A stretch of DNA of 63,156 nucleotides, counting the filler, from Welwitschia mirabilis (lineage: Eukaryota), in assembly GCA_051453625.1 (NCBI GenBank). It is 3 parts of one record of this genome, joined end to end, with 100 filler letters (N's around TTAATTAATTAA, not from the genome) between each part and the next. Parts side by side here need not be neighbours in the genome. Positions count along the whole stretch, not along the records: positions 16,835 to 33,024 come from JBOZIK010000001.1; positions 33,125 to 63,156 come from JBOZIK010000001.1; 1 more part is not named here. One strand, written 5' to 3'. Positions 26,050 through 37,674 of the stretch are shown here, piece after piece (the first letter of the stretch is position 1; every line of letters begins with the position of its first letter). A program made the position numbers and the translations under genes. A model generated the notes under the pieces. It did not search any database. It saw only the letters and a program-made list of their open reading frames with translations, and was not told the DNA's origin.

Positions 26050-26920
26050 GAAATAGAATGTCTCCTTTAAAGTACAAAATTATTGTACCTGGTTTTGGTC
26101 TAGTCAACCAACTTCTTATTTGATAGGCAATAGATTTTTACATAATTTTTATTAATTTCTCATTAATATCTTATCAAGAAACTTCTTAAGTCTGATCTAA
26201 AAAGGTATATAACCATTTTTTAAGAATATTCTATCTTTTTTTGAATAATTTTTACACCTATGTAGAATCTAGTCAATCTAAGATTAGAAATCTTGAATGA
26301 CTTATTTAAGGTAATTTTGTTCTTTTTACATCTTCTTTGTTACTTTTATTCATCAGCATATCATCTACATGTACCACTATATACATAGATTTGTGTCTAT
26401 CAGATTTATGAATAATGTGACATCCACATCTCGATAATCATATAATCTAAATCCAAGGAACTTAAATAATTTACAAGCTTAGTGTACCAAGTTTTAAGTG
26501 CTCATTTTAGCCCATTTAGAGAGTGAATCAATCCATATAATGTATATTCTTTATTTTTTCTTCAAACCCCTTTGGTTGCATCATGTACATTTCTTCTTTT
26601 AAGTATCCATGGAGAAAGGTAGTCTTTATGTCTAATTGATGAAGTTTCCACCCTTTTTGTGCTACAGAGGCAGTCACTATTCTGATGCTAGCCCATTTTT
26701 CTATTAGAGTGAAGACTTTATTATAATCAAGTCTTTTCTTCTATCGTAGGCCTATAGTAATAAGTCAAGATTTATGTTGCTTTAGAATATTATCTGCATT
26801 ATATTTGAAGAGGGGAAAATTCCATTTTTTTAGGTAATGTTATGCACTATAATGAAAGGTCTACCAATTTCTAAGTATCATTTTTTGGTATTCTTCTTAG
26901 ATGGCTTTTATCTTATGATC
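26050..26920 (-). pseudogene. Ty1/copia reverse transcriptase remnant
   Basis: KNDT*KLVDL, LDYNKVFT..KWASIR, GWKLHQLDIKTTFLHG..MYMMQPKG and YIVVHVDDML (YVDD motif). Confidence 0.85.
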
Positions 26921-27078
26921 GTGTTAAAGGACATTCTTGAATTAATTTGATTCACCATTAAAGATCAAGTGAAGCTCATCATTATTATTAGCATGAGATG
27001 TATGTTGCCCCTGTCTAGTTCTAGTTTGACCCTTTTCATCATTACAAACATCTTAGAGATTATACTAATTAAGTAATT

Positions 27079-28105
27079 TGTTACGGTACGTATTTATGCA
27101 ACATTATGTCTTGAGTAGAATCCTATCAATGACAAATATCATGCATAAACATAACACACTAATATAGACGGGAGTAACCCGAATGTGGTAATCCATCAAA
27201 GGTCAAAGCAGGAAATAAAAAAGTTACTTTTCACAAGGAAAATACTTGCACTCTAGCTACAAGAAATAACTTGCAATGCATGAAAGTAAAATATAACACA
27301 CTCATGCAAAGCTAATCTAGGAAAAGTAAATAACAATGAACCTAAACTAAACTAACTATACACAACCCTGATAAAAGTTACCCTCATAACCTATATTACT
27401 AATCACGAACCACATCCATGTTATAAAGTAGCCTCACCCTAATGGAATAAATGCCACCCAACACAAAGGAGAATGTCTTTCTGTAACTATAAGAATGAAT
27501 CTCTAGCTTTTTAATCTCCTGTCACAAGAATTGCAAGTGCAAACGAAGACAAGCAAGAGTTAAGGACGAGATCACTATTTATTAACTCACACTCATACAA
27601 GAACACAGACAAAAATGCACGAGTAAAATCATAATGACTACACTAAGGAAAAACAGATACACATGTGGCAAAATTTAGGTGAATGTTTAGTATAGATGTT
27701 ATAACAGTGTCATCTATCTAGCCATCCGGATGATAGAGAAGACGATGCCACCCCATAAGATATCCACATCAGCTACCAGATTGGTTATAGTCAGCATCCC
27801 GTTAACATGAACTATTTGGTTATCTGTCCAAGTTGTTTAGACGATGACATGGATGATGGCCTTTTACAAATCTTTAATCAGTGCATTAGCCTCAACGTTT
27901 TACAAGAAATTGTCTTAGGAATGTAAAGTATTCAAAATTGCTTAAAATGCTATAAATCATCATGGAGATTGCATGTCTTTATCTCTTTCATCTCAGCTCT
28001 CCATTATCATAGAAATCATTACATAAATCAAGAATTTACCTATCTATAAACCTATAAAACCACTTAAAATACCTTATTAAATATGTACAAGTTGATGACG
28101 TAACA
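27079..28105 (-). mobile_element. 3' LTR of a second Athila-family copy
   Basis: TGTTAC...GTAACA termini similar to the reverse complement of the 9673-11318 ends; minus-strand purine tract GGGAGTGGTAAGGCTAAGTGGAGGACTA is adjacent at ~28106-28133. Confidence 0.8.
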
Positions 28106-29042
28106 TAGTCCTCCACTTAGCCTTACCACTCCCTAATAAAACCAGGTGGTAAACTATGTTCACGAACCAACTTATTAGACAATAAAACAGCTAGGATACT
28201 TAAGGAAATCATCTTAGAAAGATTTTTAGATTTTACAAAGATACATATTAAATTTTAAAAAATTAGAAAAAGTAAACATTTCACTTACTAGAAGCTCAAC
28301 CAGTTGGTTGTTTGGGTAGTCATCAGGACGACGAAGGGAATGATAGGCTCAAAAAAGGTTTTTGAAAACTAAAATCTATGACAAAATTTTTGTTTTTATA
28401 GATAATTAGAAAATGTAACAGAATAGCCCCCCATTAATTTAAGAAATAATGAATGAAAAATTGTCTAGGTAAAATAAATCCTCATCATAACCTGTAAAAA
28501 ATTAAAAGATAGACATGAAAAATCAGATTCAAATTAGTACATCATGCTAGAAAAATAAAGTGTCTATAAAATATCAAAAGATAGTTTTCAGTATAAAAGA
28601 TGTATATAAGGGGAGATACAAAATAATAATACAAAATCAATTCCCTCATCTATGCATGATAAACTATGGTTTGATAGCTTGCTCAGGAGCAGGGGAAGAA
28701 TAAGAAGGATGCTCAGGGTCTGTGGGGAAACAGAGGTTCAAAGATGTGGAAATCTATTTGATCGTCTCATCATCCTTGACATGTACAACCTCAGAAATGT
28801 CTACTATTACACTCTGCTAAATGGAAATGATACACTGGCGCATGTCAATGATATGATCCTCAGAGTGTTTGAGTCTCCTCTCAATAAATAGGATCCTCTA
28901 CTCAAAGGTTTACTATTTTTGATCAAGTACTTATGTCCTTTGATCGAGAGCCCAGATCCTTTAATGTAGTGATTAGATACCTCTATTAATGAAACCTCTA
29001 ATGGTATCAGTGGTCTCAGCCAGGAGAGTCTGTATCTACTTG
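28106..29042 (-). mobile_element. PPT, 3' UTR and C-terminus of the accessory ORF of the second Athila-family copy
   Basis: Diverged homologue of 29159-30115 and of ~21960-22940 (reverse complement). Confidence 0.75.
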
Positions 29043-29142
29043 NNNNNNNNNNNNNNNNNNNNNNNNNNNNNNNNNNNNNNNNNNNNNNNNNNNNNNNNNN
29101 NNNNNNNNNNNNNNNNNNNNNNNNNNNNNNNNNNNNNNNNNN

Positions 29143-32100
29143 AGTTGGCAGCATAACATAGCCATCTACTTAGCCTTATTAGTCCTTGATAAAACCAGGT
29201 AGTAAACCATGTTTGCAAGCTAACTTATTAGACAATAAAACAACTAGGAATCTTGAGATAATTATCTCAGAAAGATTTGCAGAAATTATAGAGATACAAA
29301 CTAAATTTTGAAAAATCAGAAAAACTAAATAAACATCTACCAAGAACTTGGTTAATTAATCACCCAAGTCATCCTCCAGATGATGAAGGGGACAATAAGC
29401 TCAAAACAGATTTTTGAAAACTGGAACCTCCGATAGAATTTTTATTTTTATAGATAATTAGAAAACATAATAAACACCTCCCCACTAAATTAAGTGATAA
29501 TGAATGAAAAATTAATCAAGTAAAAGAAAAATAGATCCTCATCATGACATGTAAAAATCAAAAGATAATCATGAAAAATTAGATACAATGAATACACTAT
29601 GCTGGAAAAATAATATATCTATATAAATATTAGAAGAGAGTCTTTCAGTACAAAAATGTATAGAAGGGGAGATACAAAATATCAATACAAAATCAATTTC
29701 CTTGTCTATCCATGATGAACTGTGGCTTAGAAGCTGGCTTAGGAGCAAGGAAAGAAGAAAGAGAATGCTTAGGATTCATAGGGAAATGGACGTATAAAGA
29801 TGTAGAAATGGATCTGATTGTCTCATTACCCTAGACATGAACTGCCTTAGGAATGTCTTCAGTTACACTCTTTGAATGGAAACAACACACTGACGCATGT
29901 CAATCATTAAGTCCTTAGTGTGCTATACTCTCCTCTCAATAGATAAGATCCTATGCTCAAATGTCTGCTATCTCTGATCAAGAGTCTGTGTCCTTTGGTT
30001 GAGTACTATGTCTTCTGATAAATAGCCTAGATACTTCGATCAAGTATGTAGATACCTTTGTCCATGAAATCTCTAATATTATTAGTGGTCTCAGCTAGGA
30101 GAGCTTAAATCTACTCAAGAGTAGCTCTAACCATAGGTCTCTATACCTAAGGTCCATCTGCCTCTCTTGGAACTTGTATACCCATGTCCTGTAGATAGCA
30201 AGCTGAGATCTGAATGTGTAATAAATGCTACTCGCTCATGGGCTCTAGTATCCCAAATTATCTACAGAATGCTAATAGGATGCATGAATAACCAAGTATC
30301 TAAAGCTGTCATGCCTCTACCAAGGAACTAAGTCTCCTTTAGATAAAATGTAAGAAGGTCCATCTACTCCTCCTATCTAAAAGATGCAAATATTTGTAAT
30401 TGTACTACCATGGTGTGACTATCGTGGAAAGATGGACTGATATTATGGATCAGCCCTCTGTGTCAAAATCTGTATGCAGGGATTATCTGAGTAACCCTCT
30501 GTCGATCAGTAGCAAAATTAGCTGAAATATCCAAAATGACACCATATGCTGGCACTTCTCAGTCCCACTAGCTAAGTGAATGTTCATACTTCCAAGCCCA
30601 TCAAGATCTATGATAATTGCAATATGGAATGGGAGAATAGCTATCTCATGGTCCCATATGAATGCAATGATCATGTCCTGTAGCTGACCACAAGCATCAG
30701 GTTGCCTCTTAATATGCATGATGTCGTAGAACTCTCTCATCTCTAACACGTAGTATGACTCATACGCATCTATAATCCATCTGAGCCATAAATTAGTCAA
30801 TATCTAGTCTATGTAAGGCTCAATACAACTCATGAAATCACGAAATTGATGCTCAACATGTATACTAGCTGTCTGAATGGCCATGAAACGTTCATGTCAA
30901 GGTGGTGGATATGCAGGCTTTGCACACTCTATCTGTGGCTCAACTATAGGGCCTATCTCCTACTCTACTACCTCGGCTTAAGCCTTAGACTATCTAGCTC
31001 TATGCATACGAGGCCTACTTAATCAGAAACATAAAAAACGTCATGTAAAAATAGAAAGACATGGCAAAAACATCACATGGATGTGCAATAACGACCCCTA
31101 AAAATTGATGACAATAAAAAAAATACTAAAAATATGTCCTACTCCCCTCCACCAAAAGTTGCAATGCATCCTTAATTACCTAAACATGTGAATAAAAATG
31201 AGAAATACACAAACAATTCTAAAACTGTAATTGTAGTGGGACCCATATAAAGTGAAAATTTGAAGTGCTCAAATAAAAAAATCTAATCTAGTAGAGTCGT
31301 AGAACATATTGAACTTATCAATTTTTCCTAAAGGACCACTTTGTTTTGACCTACGATTTAGAAAATGAGTTGGAAACATAGAAATATAAAAATACTTTGT
31401 AAAACATACAAATTCTTATAACTCAAAAAATATGTAATGAAATTCAAATTCATAGGCCCAAATCAAAGAGCACGAAAAACTAACCGATATACATGGAAAC
31501 TACATATGGAAAGGCTGAAAAATGGGAGGAAAAAAATCAAAAATAGGAGGAGAGATAAACATACCTCATTTTTGAAAATCTACTGAGATCTAGTGAATCT
31601 AGACATAAAATTAGGTGAGACAAGTTCTAGAACGCTGGTACATGCCAAAGGGATCATCGTTTGAGCCGCAGTTTTATCACACTATTATCTGGTTACGTCA
31701 TCCAAACGACAGCCCTAGGATGACTCTCAGAGAAAAATCACATTGTCGTCTTCCAATATCATCTTAACGACCAAGTGGATGATAACCCTTTAAAAGATTT
31801 TCAGAAAGAAAAATGTCAGTCAGAAAGCTTAGGCTCAAATATGATTGTATCAGTTCTAAACAAGCAAAAAAAAACTTAAAAAGATAAAAAGAACTAGACA
31901 GAAAACCAAGAAAATTGAGAGAAAAAGGACAAACTCTCAAGAAAGGAAAAACTATGGCTGAAGAAAACAGACTATCTAGGCTGAAACCTATAAGAAAAAC
32001 TACATAAACATGCTCGAATAGAAAAGATAATCATGATAAACGCAGAACTCCATAAGCTACTAGGCAACTTATAAAAATAGGAAACAAAAAGATGTTCTTT

Positions 32101-33024
32101 TTCAATTTTCAAATGCTTACTACAAAATAATATAACATGAAAGAATATCAAGGAAACTACTAAATGATTAAGGTCTTATAAAAGAATGAGAAAATACATA
32201 AATGACTTTGAAATCCCAAACTCAAAAACTAAAGAAACACAGAANNNNNNNNNNNNNNNNNNNNNNNNNNNNNNNNNNNNNNNNNNNNNNNNNNNNNNNN
32301 NNNNNNNNNNNNNNNNNNNNNNNNNNNNNNNNNNNNNNNNNNNNNNNNNNNNNNNNNNNNNNNNNNNNNNNNNNNNNNNNNNNNNNNNNNNNNNNNNNNN
32401 NNNNNNNNNNNNNNNNNNNNNNNNNNNNNNNNNNNNNNNNNNNNNNNNNNNNNNNNNNNNNNNNNNNNNNNNNNNNNNNNNNNNNNNNNNNNNNNNNNNN
32501 NNNNNNNNNNNNNNNNGTCTTATAAAAGAATGAGAAAATACATAAATGACTTTGAAATCCCAAACTCAAAAACTAAAGAAACACAGAATGAAAATGGACA
32601 TAAGAAACAAGGAGAAGATTACTTACCTATCCTAAGTACTAACCTAGCAAACTCCCAAAGAAGACATTATAAATTCACCTGAGTAAATATGCATGATTAT
32701 ATATATATATATATATATATATATGGTGATACCCAAAAATTCAAGTGTTTAGAATAATGAATTTTAAGATCATAAGATACTTAGAAATAAACTCACCTAC
32801 TCTTATCCCACAAACACACTCGAATATTCAAAAGTAAAATGACCAAGTGGAAATAATAAGAGTCTAGGAAGCAAGCAATGCTTCTGATCACACCAAAAAT
32901 ACCACTGATCCCATAACCTTAAAGTTTTATTACAACTTTTTCCATGATGAGGGAGTGCAACCATAGTCAGAGGAGTAAGAACCCTTGAAGCATGGCCAAC
33001 TGACCCCCCGGTGCAATTCCCACA
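29143..33024 (-). mobile_element. Third Athila-family copy: LTR tip, PPT, 3' UTR, accessory ORF (~29715-31023) and spacer
   Basis: LTR start TGTTATGCTGCCAACT (minus strand, 29158-29143) matches 9673. ORF 30483-30800 contains YYVLEMREFY. Collinear with 16560-22940. Confidence 0.8.
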
Positions 33025-33124
33025 NNNNNNNNNNNNNNNNNNNNNNNNNNNNNNNNNNNNNNNNNNNNTTAATTAATTAANNNNNNNNNNNNNNNNNNNN
33101 NNNNNNNNNNNNNNNNNNNNNNNN
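33025..33124. other. Assembly linker: 44 N + TTAATTAATTAA + 44 N
   Basis: Same construct as 16735-16834; the sequences on either side are unrelated. Confidence 0.9.
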
Positions 33125-33400
33125 TCTACTTCTGACTTATCGTTAGTGGAAATACTCCTCCAACTTTAAGAATATCTTGATATGAATGCAGCCAGATAGG
33201 AGGTACTGCTGGCAACGATTCAAGGGTTGAAAAGGTAACCATTTATTACCCTGCGTCTATCCCACGGATCTCTAACCCAGGCCATAAAATTGACCTACAG
33301 GAAGAAAGCTCTTCGCCTTCATCGAGATAAAAATCCGGCAAATTCTGAAGAATTTAAGGAAATAAATCAAGCATTTAAAGTCCTCTCAGACGTTTTGGGT
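33125..33400 (+). pseudogene. DnaJ/J-domain pseudogene fragment
   Basis: The frame at 33239 reads PFITLRLSHGSLTQAIKLTYRKKALRLHRDKNPANSEEFKEINQAFKVLSD (J-domain, HPD>HRD). In-frame stops upstream at 33167, 33197 and 33236. Confidence 0.8.
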
Positions 33401-33731
33401 AGATTTCTCCTCAAACACAACCATGGTAATATGTTTCCTTTTTGTAAAGGACTGTAATCCTCTCTCTTCATTGCTTCTCCCATCTAACTCTAAGTTCTCT
33501 ATAAGTTCTAGTTTCAAGGGGCATTTTTGCCCCAGCCTTTTAGTAGTTCTATGTTTTATTTTATCCATTTCTACTAGTGTTTATAATCCTATAGGTAGTT
33601 TCTTATTGCTTCATTGTAGTTTCGCCCCCTTTTTTTGCTTATTGTTTTAGTTTCCCTTTACCAACTAGTAGATTACTTCACTATTATGAATAGTGCAGTT
33701 CTAATGTTATCCTCGGATGGTTCCCCCCCAA

Positions 33732-36700
33732 TGTACATTTCCTAGTTTAATATATATACTTTTTTTCAAAAAAAAAGAAAAAACTATAGACCCTTTTCAT
33801 TTGCATACAATAATGAGGTCAAAATTGTGTCCTATATTTATTCCTAACTTTTGTTTTTGCCACACAAAGATATCTTATATAAAGCTAGTAGGATGTTAAC
33901 TTGTTTTAACACATATCATGGATAAGTTTTAGGATAGTACCTAACCAATATTATAGAAGGTTGCAACTCCTATTAATGGCATTCCAACTCGATATCTGGC
34001 CACCCTCTAGATATGAGTTGATTCTACTTCAGGCTCTACACTATACAAACATGGCTTAGCTCAACTCTATTGGCTTAGACTTTACCTTTTCATACCCCTA
34101 ATATAGGTGATAGGTGGTACATGAGTTGAATGCATGCTTACAAATAATCATTGCTTCCTTGAAGCATCTAAAAATGGTGTAACATAATCCTTTGATATCA
34201 AAGGCTAGAGATATTAAGTCGGAGTAAGTCCATGCATGGGGAGGCAAGAGAGTGATGATCAAATCCACTTCTAGAAGGGTTCATAAATAAAAGTACAGTA
34301 CAACCCAAGTCGGTGATGAAATCCAAGTACGGGAATGAATAATTATTAAGATTATCTTAGTTTAGTTGAATAAATACATCATACAAATGCAAGCATACAA
34401 TTATGTGAATATTTAGTGGATTGTTTATCTAATAAAACTAATTCTAATCATCATGGATTTTATTTAATGGATACAATCATATAGGAAAAAAATGGAGTAT
34501 ATAAGCATCATTTTGCTTTTATATAAAAGCAAAATCATACATTTTTAAAGCATAATAAATAAAAGAAAGCACTCGTTTATTTTTCTACATTATAGGAATT
34601 CTTTTCAAATAAGGCACATTAATACATCTAAGTTCTATTGTAGAAACATGCTTTATTTATGGAATTGAGCCAACTTCTACACTCTCTTTATAAATTATAA
34701 GTATCTATATCAAAATAAGGTTATGTAATATATATGTATATATATATACATATATATGTATATATATACATATATATATATGTACATAATCAAAATAAAA
34801 CATTAATAAAGCTAAATGATTGTGCTACACATCTCTAGAGTTATTAAGTAGATAACCCTAACATTTATGCTTGAAATGTAAGAATAAGAGACTAAATATT
34901 AATAAATAGTATATAAAAATGATGAAAGCAAATTTAATTAACTAGAAATCATATATCGCATTTTAAAATAATTTGGTACTTGCATTATGTAATTTTCTAT
35001 AATTATTAAAATTATTTACAAATCTTCTTAACTTTTAAAAGGCATTAAAACTAAAAAATTTTAATTAATTATTTAAAAAATGTAAAAATAAATTAGACTT
35101 ACGCTTTTTAAACTAGACTCATCATATTATCCCTAGAAACTAATTTTATTAAATTCAAATTAGTATAGATACATGTTATAGGGTTAAACTTCAACTATAA
35201 AAACAGCCTAAATTTTAGAGTTGCTAAAATAATACCCCTCACTAAAATGGCTATGACATTTAATCTACTTGAAGTTTTTAAATAAGTAAATACTTTGTGG
35301 AAAAATTATTAACTTTCTATAGGTTGGATTATTCAATTTTTATGTAGAACTTTCTGTTCATTCTGAAAACTAAGACCTTTTGCTTGTTGCTTTCAGTTTC
35401 TAATTTTTGAGTTATTTTCATAAAATAAATTTAAGAAATTAATTTACTCTCATAAAAATCATTGTTTTAAAAATTTTAAATTCCTAACATGATTTTAAAC
35501 ATACATAAAAACTTTCATAATTTTTTACTTAGAATTGAATGAGTTATAGCTTTTGTAATTTTTGCTTCACTTTTGGGAAAAAGAAAACTTTGACTAAGCT
35601 AAGAATAAGAAAATTTCATACTAATTTATAGAAATAAAAATCAATTAAAGTAAGTAAAAATTCATAATAGAATTAGCATTCAAAGTATATAAAACACAAT
35701 TATAAGCAATATAAACTCAACTTACAATAATAAATAATGCATTAAATACCATAAGCCTTAGGATTTTCTAAGAAGTAGTACCAAGAGTAAATAGATTTTT
35801 GAGGATCGAAATTATTCACCCTAATAATAAATTTAATTACAATTTGATGGAAAATGCATTTAAATAATAACATAATATAAAATAACATGGGTATCCAAAA
35901 TTATAGTGAACCCCCTAGTCACTTGACTAAAATATTGATTAGATACATAGAAGCTAAGTATATTAAAAGGTTCATTAACTCTCTTGCTTATCTTACTTTG
36001 TGCTGATGGGAGAGAAAAGTTATGCACTAGCATCCTCATTAACTAAGCATGTAAAAATATCCCTCCAATCTTTTCGTTATCTTAGTATCAGCCAATGGAA
36101 GGGAAAATACAAATGCTACATTGATACTACACTCATATGCATAGGTTTAAGGTAATAATAGAGATAAAATTCTTATGAAAGAAGGACATAATTAGAGGGA
36201 AAAATATTGATAACCTTAAATACTATTGGTGAAGTTCTAACCTTCAAGATCCTAGCTCCAAGCTTCCAAGCTCCAAGCTCCAAGATTTAAGCCCCAACTC
36301 CACACTTAAAAGGTTTAAAGATTAAGAAAAAATTTTGGTAGCATAAACTTCCTTGAAGAATATTAGCTTGAGAAGAAGAAAAAGGCTTTATTTATAGATA
36401 AATAATTCTAAAGTTTTGGATATAAGTAGTTAAAGATAACCCATCTTATTTTAGCTATAACATAAACAATTCTATTTTACTTAATAAGATTGATTAATGA
36501 TAAGTTGAATAATCTTATGTAGAAGTGACATTGACACATGAATGACTAGTTATAAGATTAATCAATGAGAAGTGTTAAGATCTTATATAAGAAGTAAAAG
36601 TAATGTATGAATGACAAAAAGAATCTTATTTGTAACTCATACACCTAATTTAGGTGAGTAATTTTCTTGCTTTAATTAGCAAGATTAATTACATGCATCA

Positions 36701-37593
36701 TTTCCTCATGCTAGTTCCTTCTTAATCCTTCATAGGCTCATAATTATTCTAAAACATATTTAAAATGAATTGGAAGAAGAAATGCATCGATTTCAAATTT
36801 TCCATGTAACACAACAAGAAAGATAATAATTTATATATAAAGTACTTTCACAAATATTAATAAGGATTAAAGTGTTGATAGAATAAATTCTACTTATTTA
36901 TCTTTTTTTATTTATAGATAAGAGTGCATGTCCTTATTCACGTATTTTCACTCTTCATGATCCATCACCTCAATAACACAAATCATAAGAAATAAATGTC
37001 ATAATTAAATATAAAAATAATGTCATAACTGAATGTAACAAAATGTCATAGTTGAACATAGTACTCATAGCTTTTACCTACTTATTCTTCTTTCACTTTT
37101 ACTAAGTAATTTTAGTTTTTTTAATTTTTAGATTTAAATAAGGCACATGGATAAATGATTAAAATTAAGACATTATATGCCATTTTTGTAAACCTTTTAT
37201 TTGTATTTGACACCTTCATATAAATTTTTCAATTTAACTATTTAACCATGTATATGACATGCCTTATTGTAAACATGTTTATTTAGTACTAAAATTCTTA
37301 TAATTATCATTATTATTTAAAACAATAAAATTATCTGACACTAAGATTAATTAATAACCTTATGAGTACTTATAACTCAAAATATATCTTTGGCATAAGA
37401 AATTTAATACATTATTAATTGTAAGGCTACACATTAATTTTTATTAATAGAAAAAAAGGATTTTCATTAAAATTTAATATTAAATTTTATTACATAATTT
37501 ATAGATCTCGTAATCATGTCATTACAGTTAGAGACTCTCGTAATCATGTCATTACATTTACTAATTAAATATTACAAAATGTGAGATGTAACA
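33732..37593 (-). mobile_element. 3' LTR of the Tekay-like element
   Basis: TGTA...TAACA termini, homology to 43144-47005, and a minus-strand TATAAATA at 36389-36396. Confidence 0.8.
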
Positions 37594-37674
37594 TACTCCC
37601 CCACTTAAAAATGATTCGCTCCTGAAAATCAAAGTACATAATGATTTGAGAGTTTAATATTACATATTATGGGA

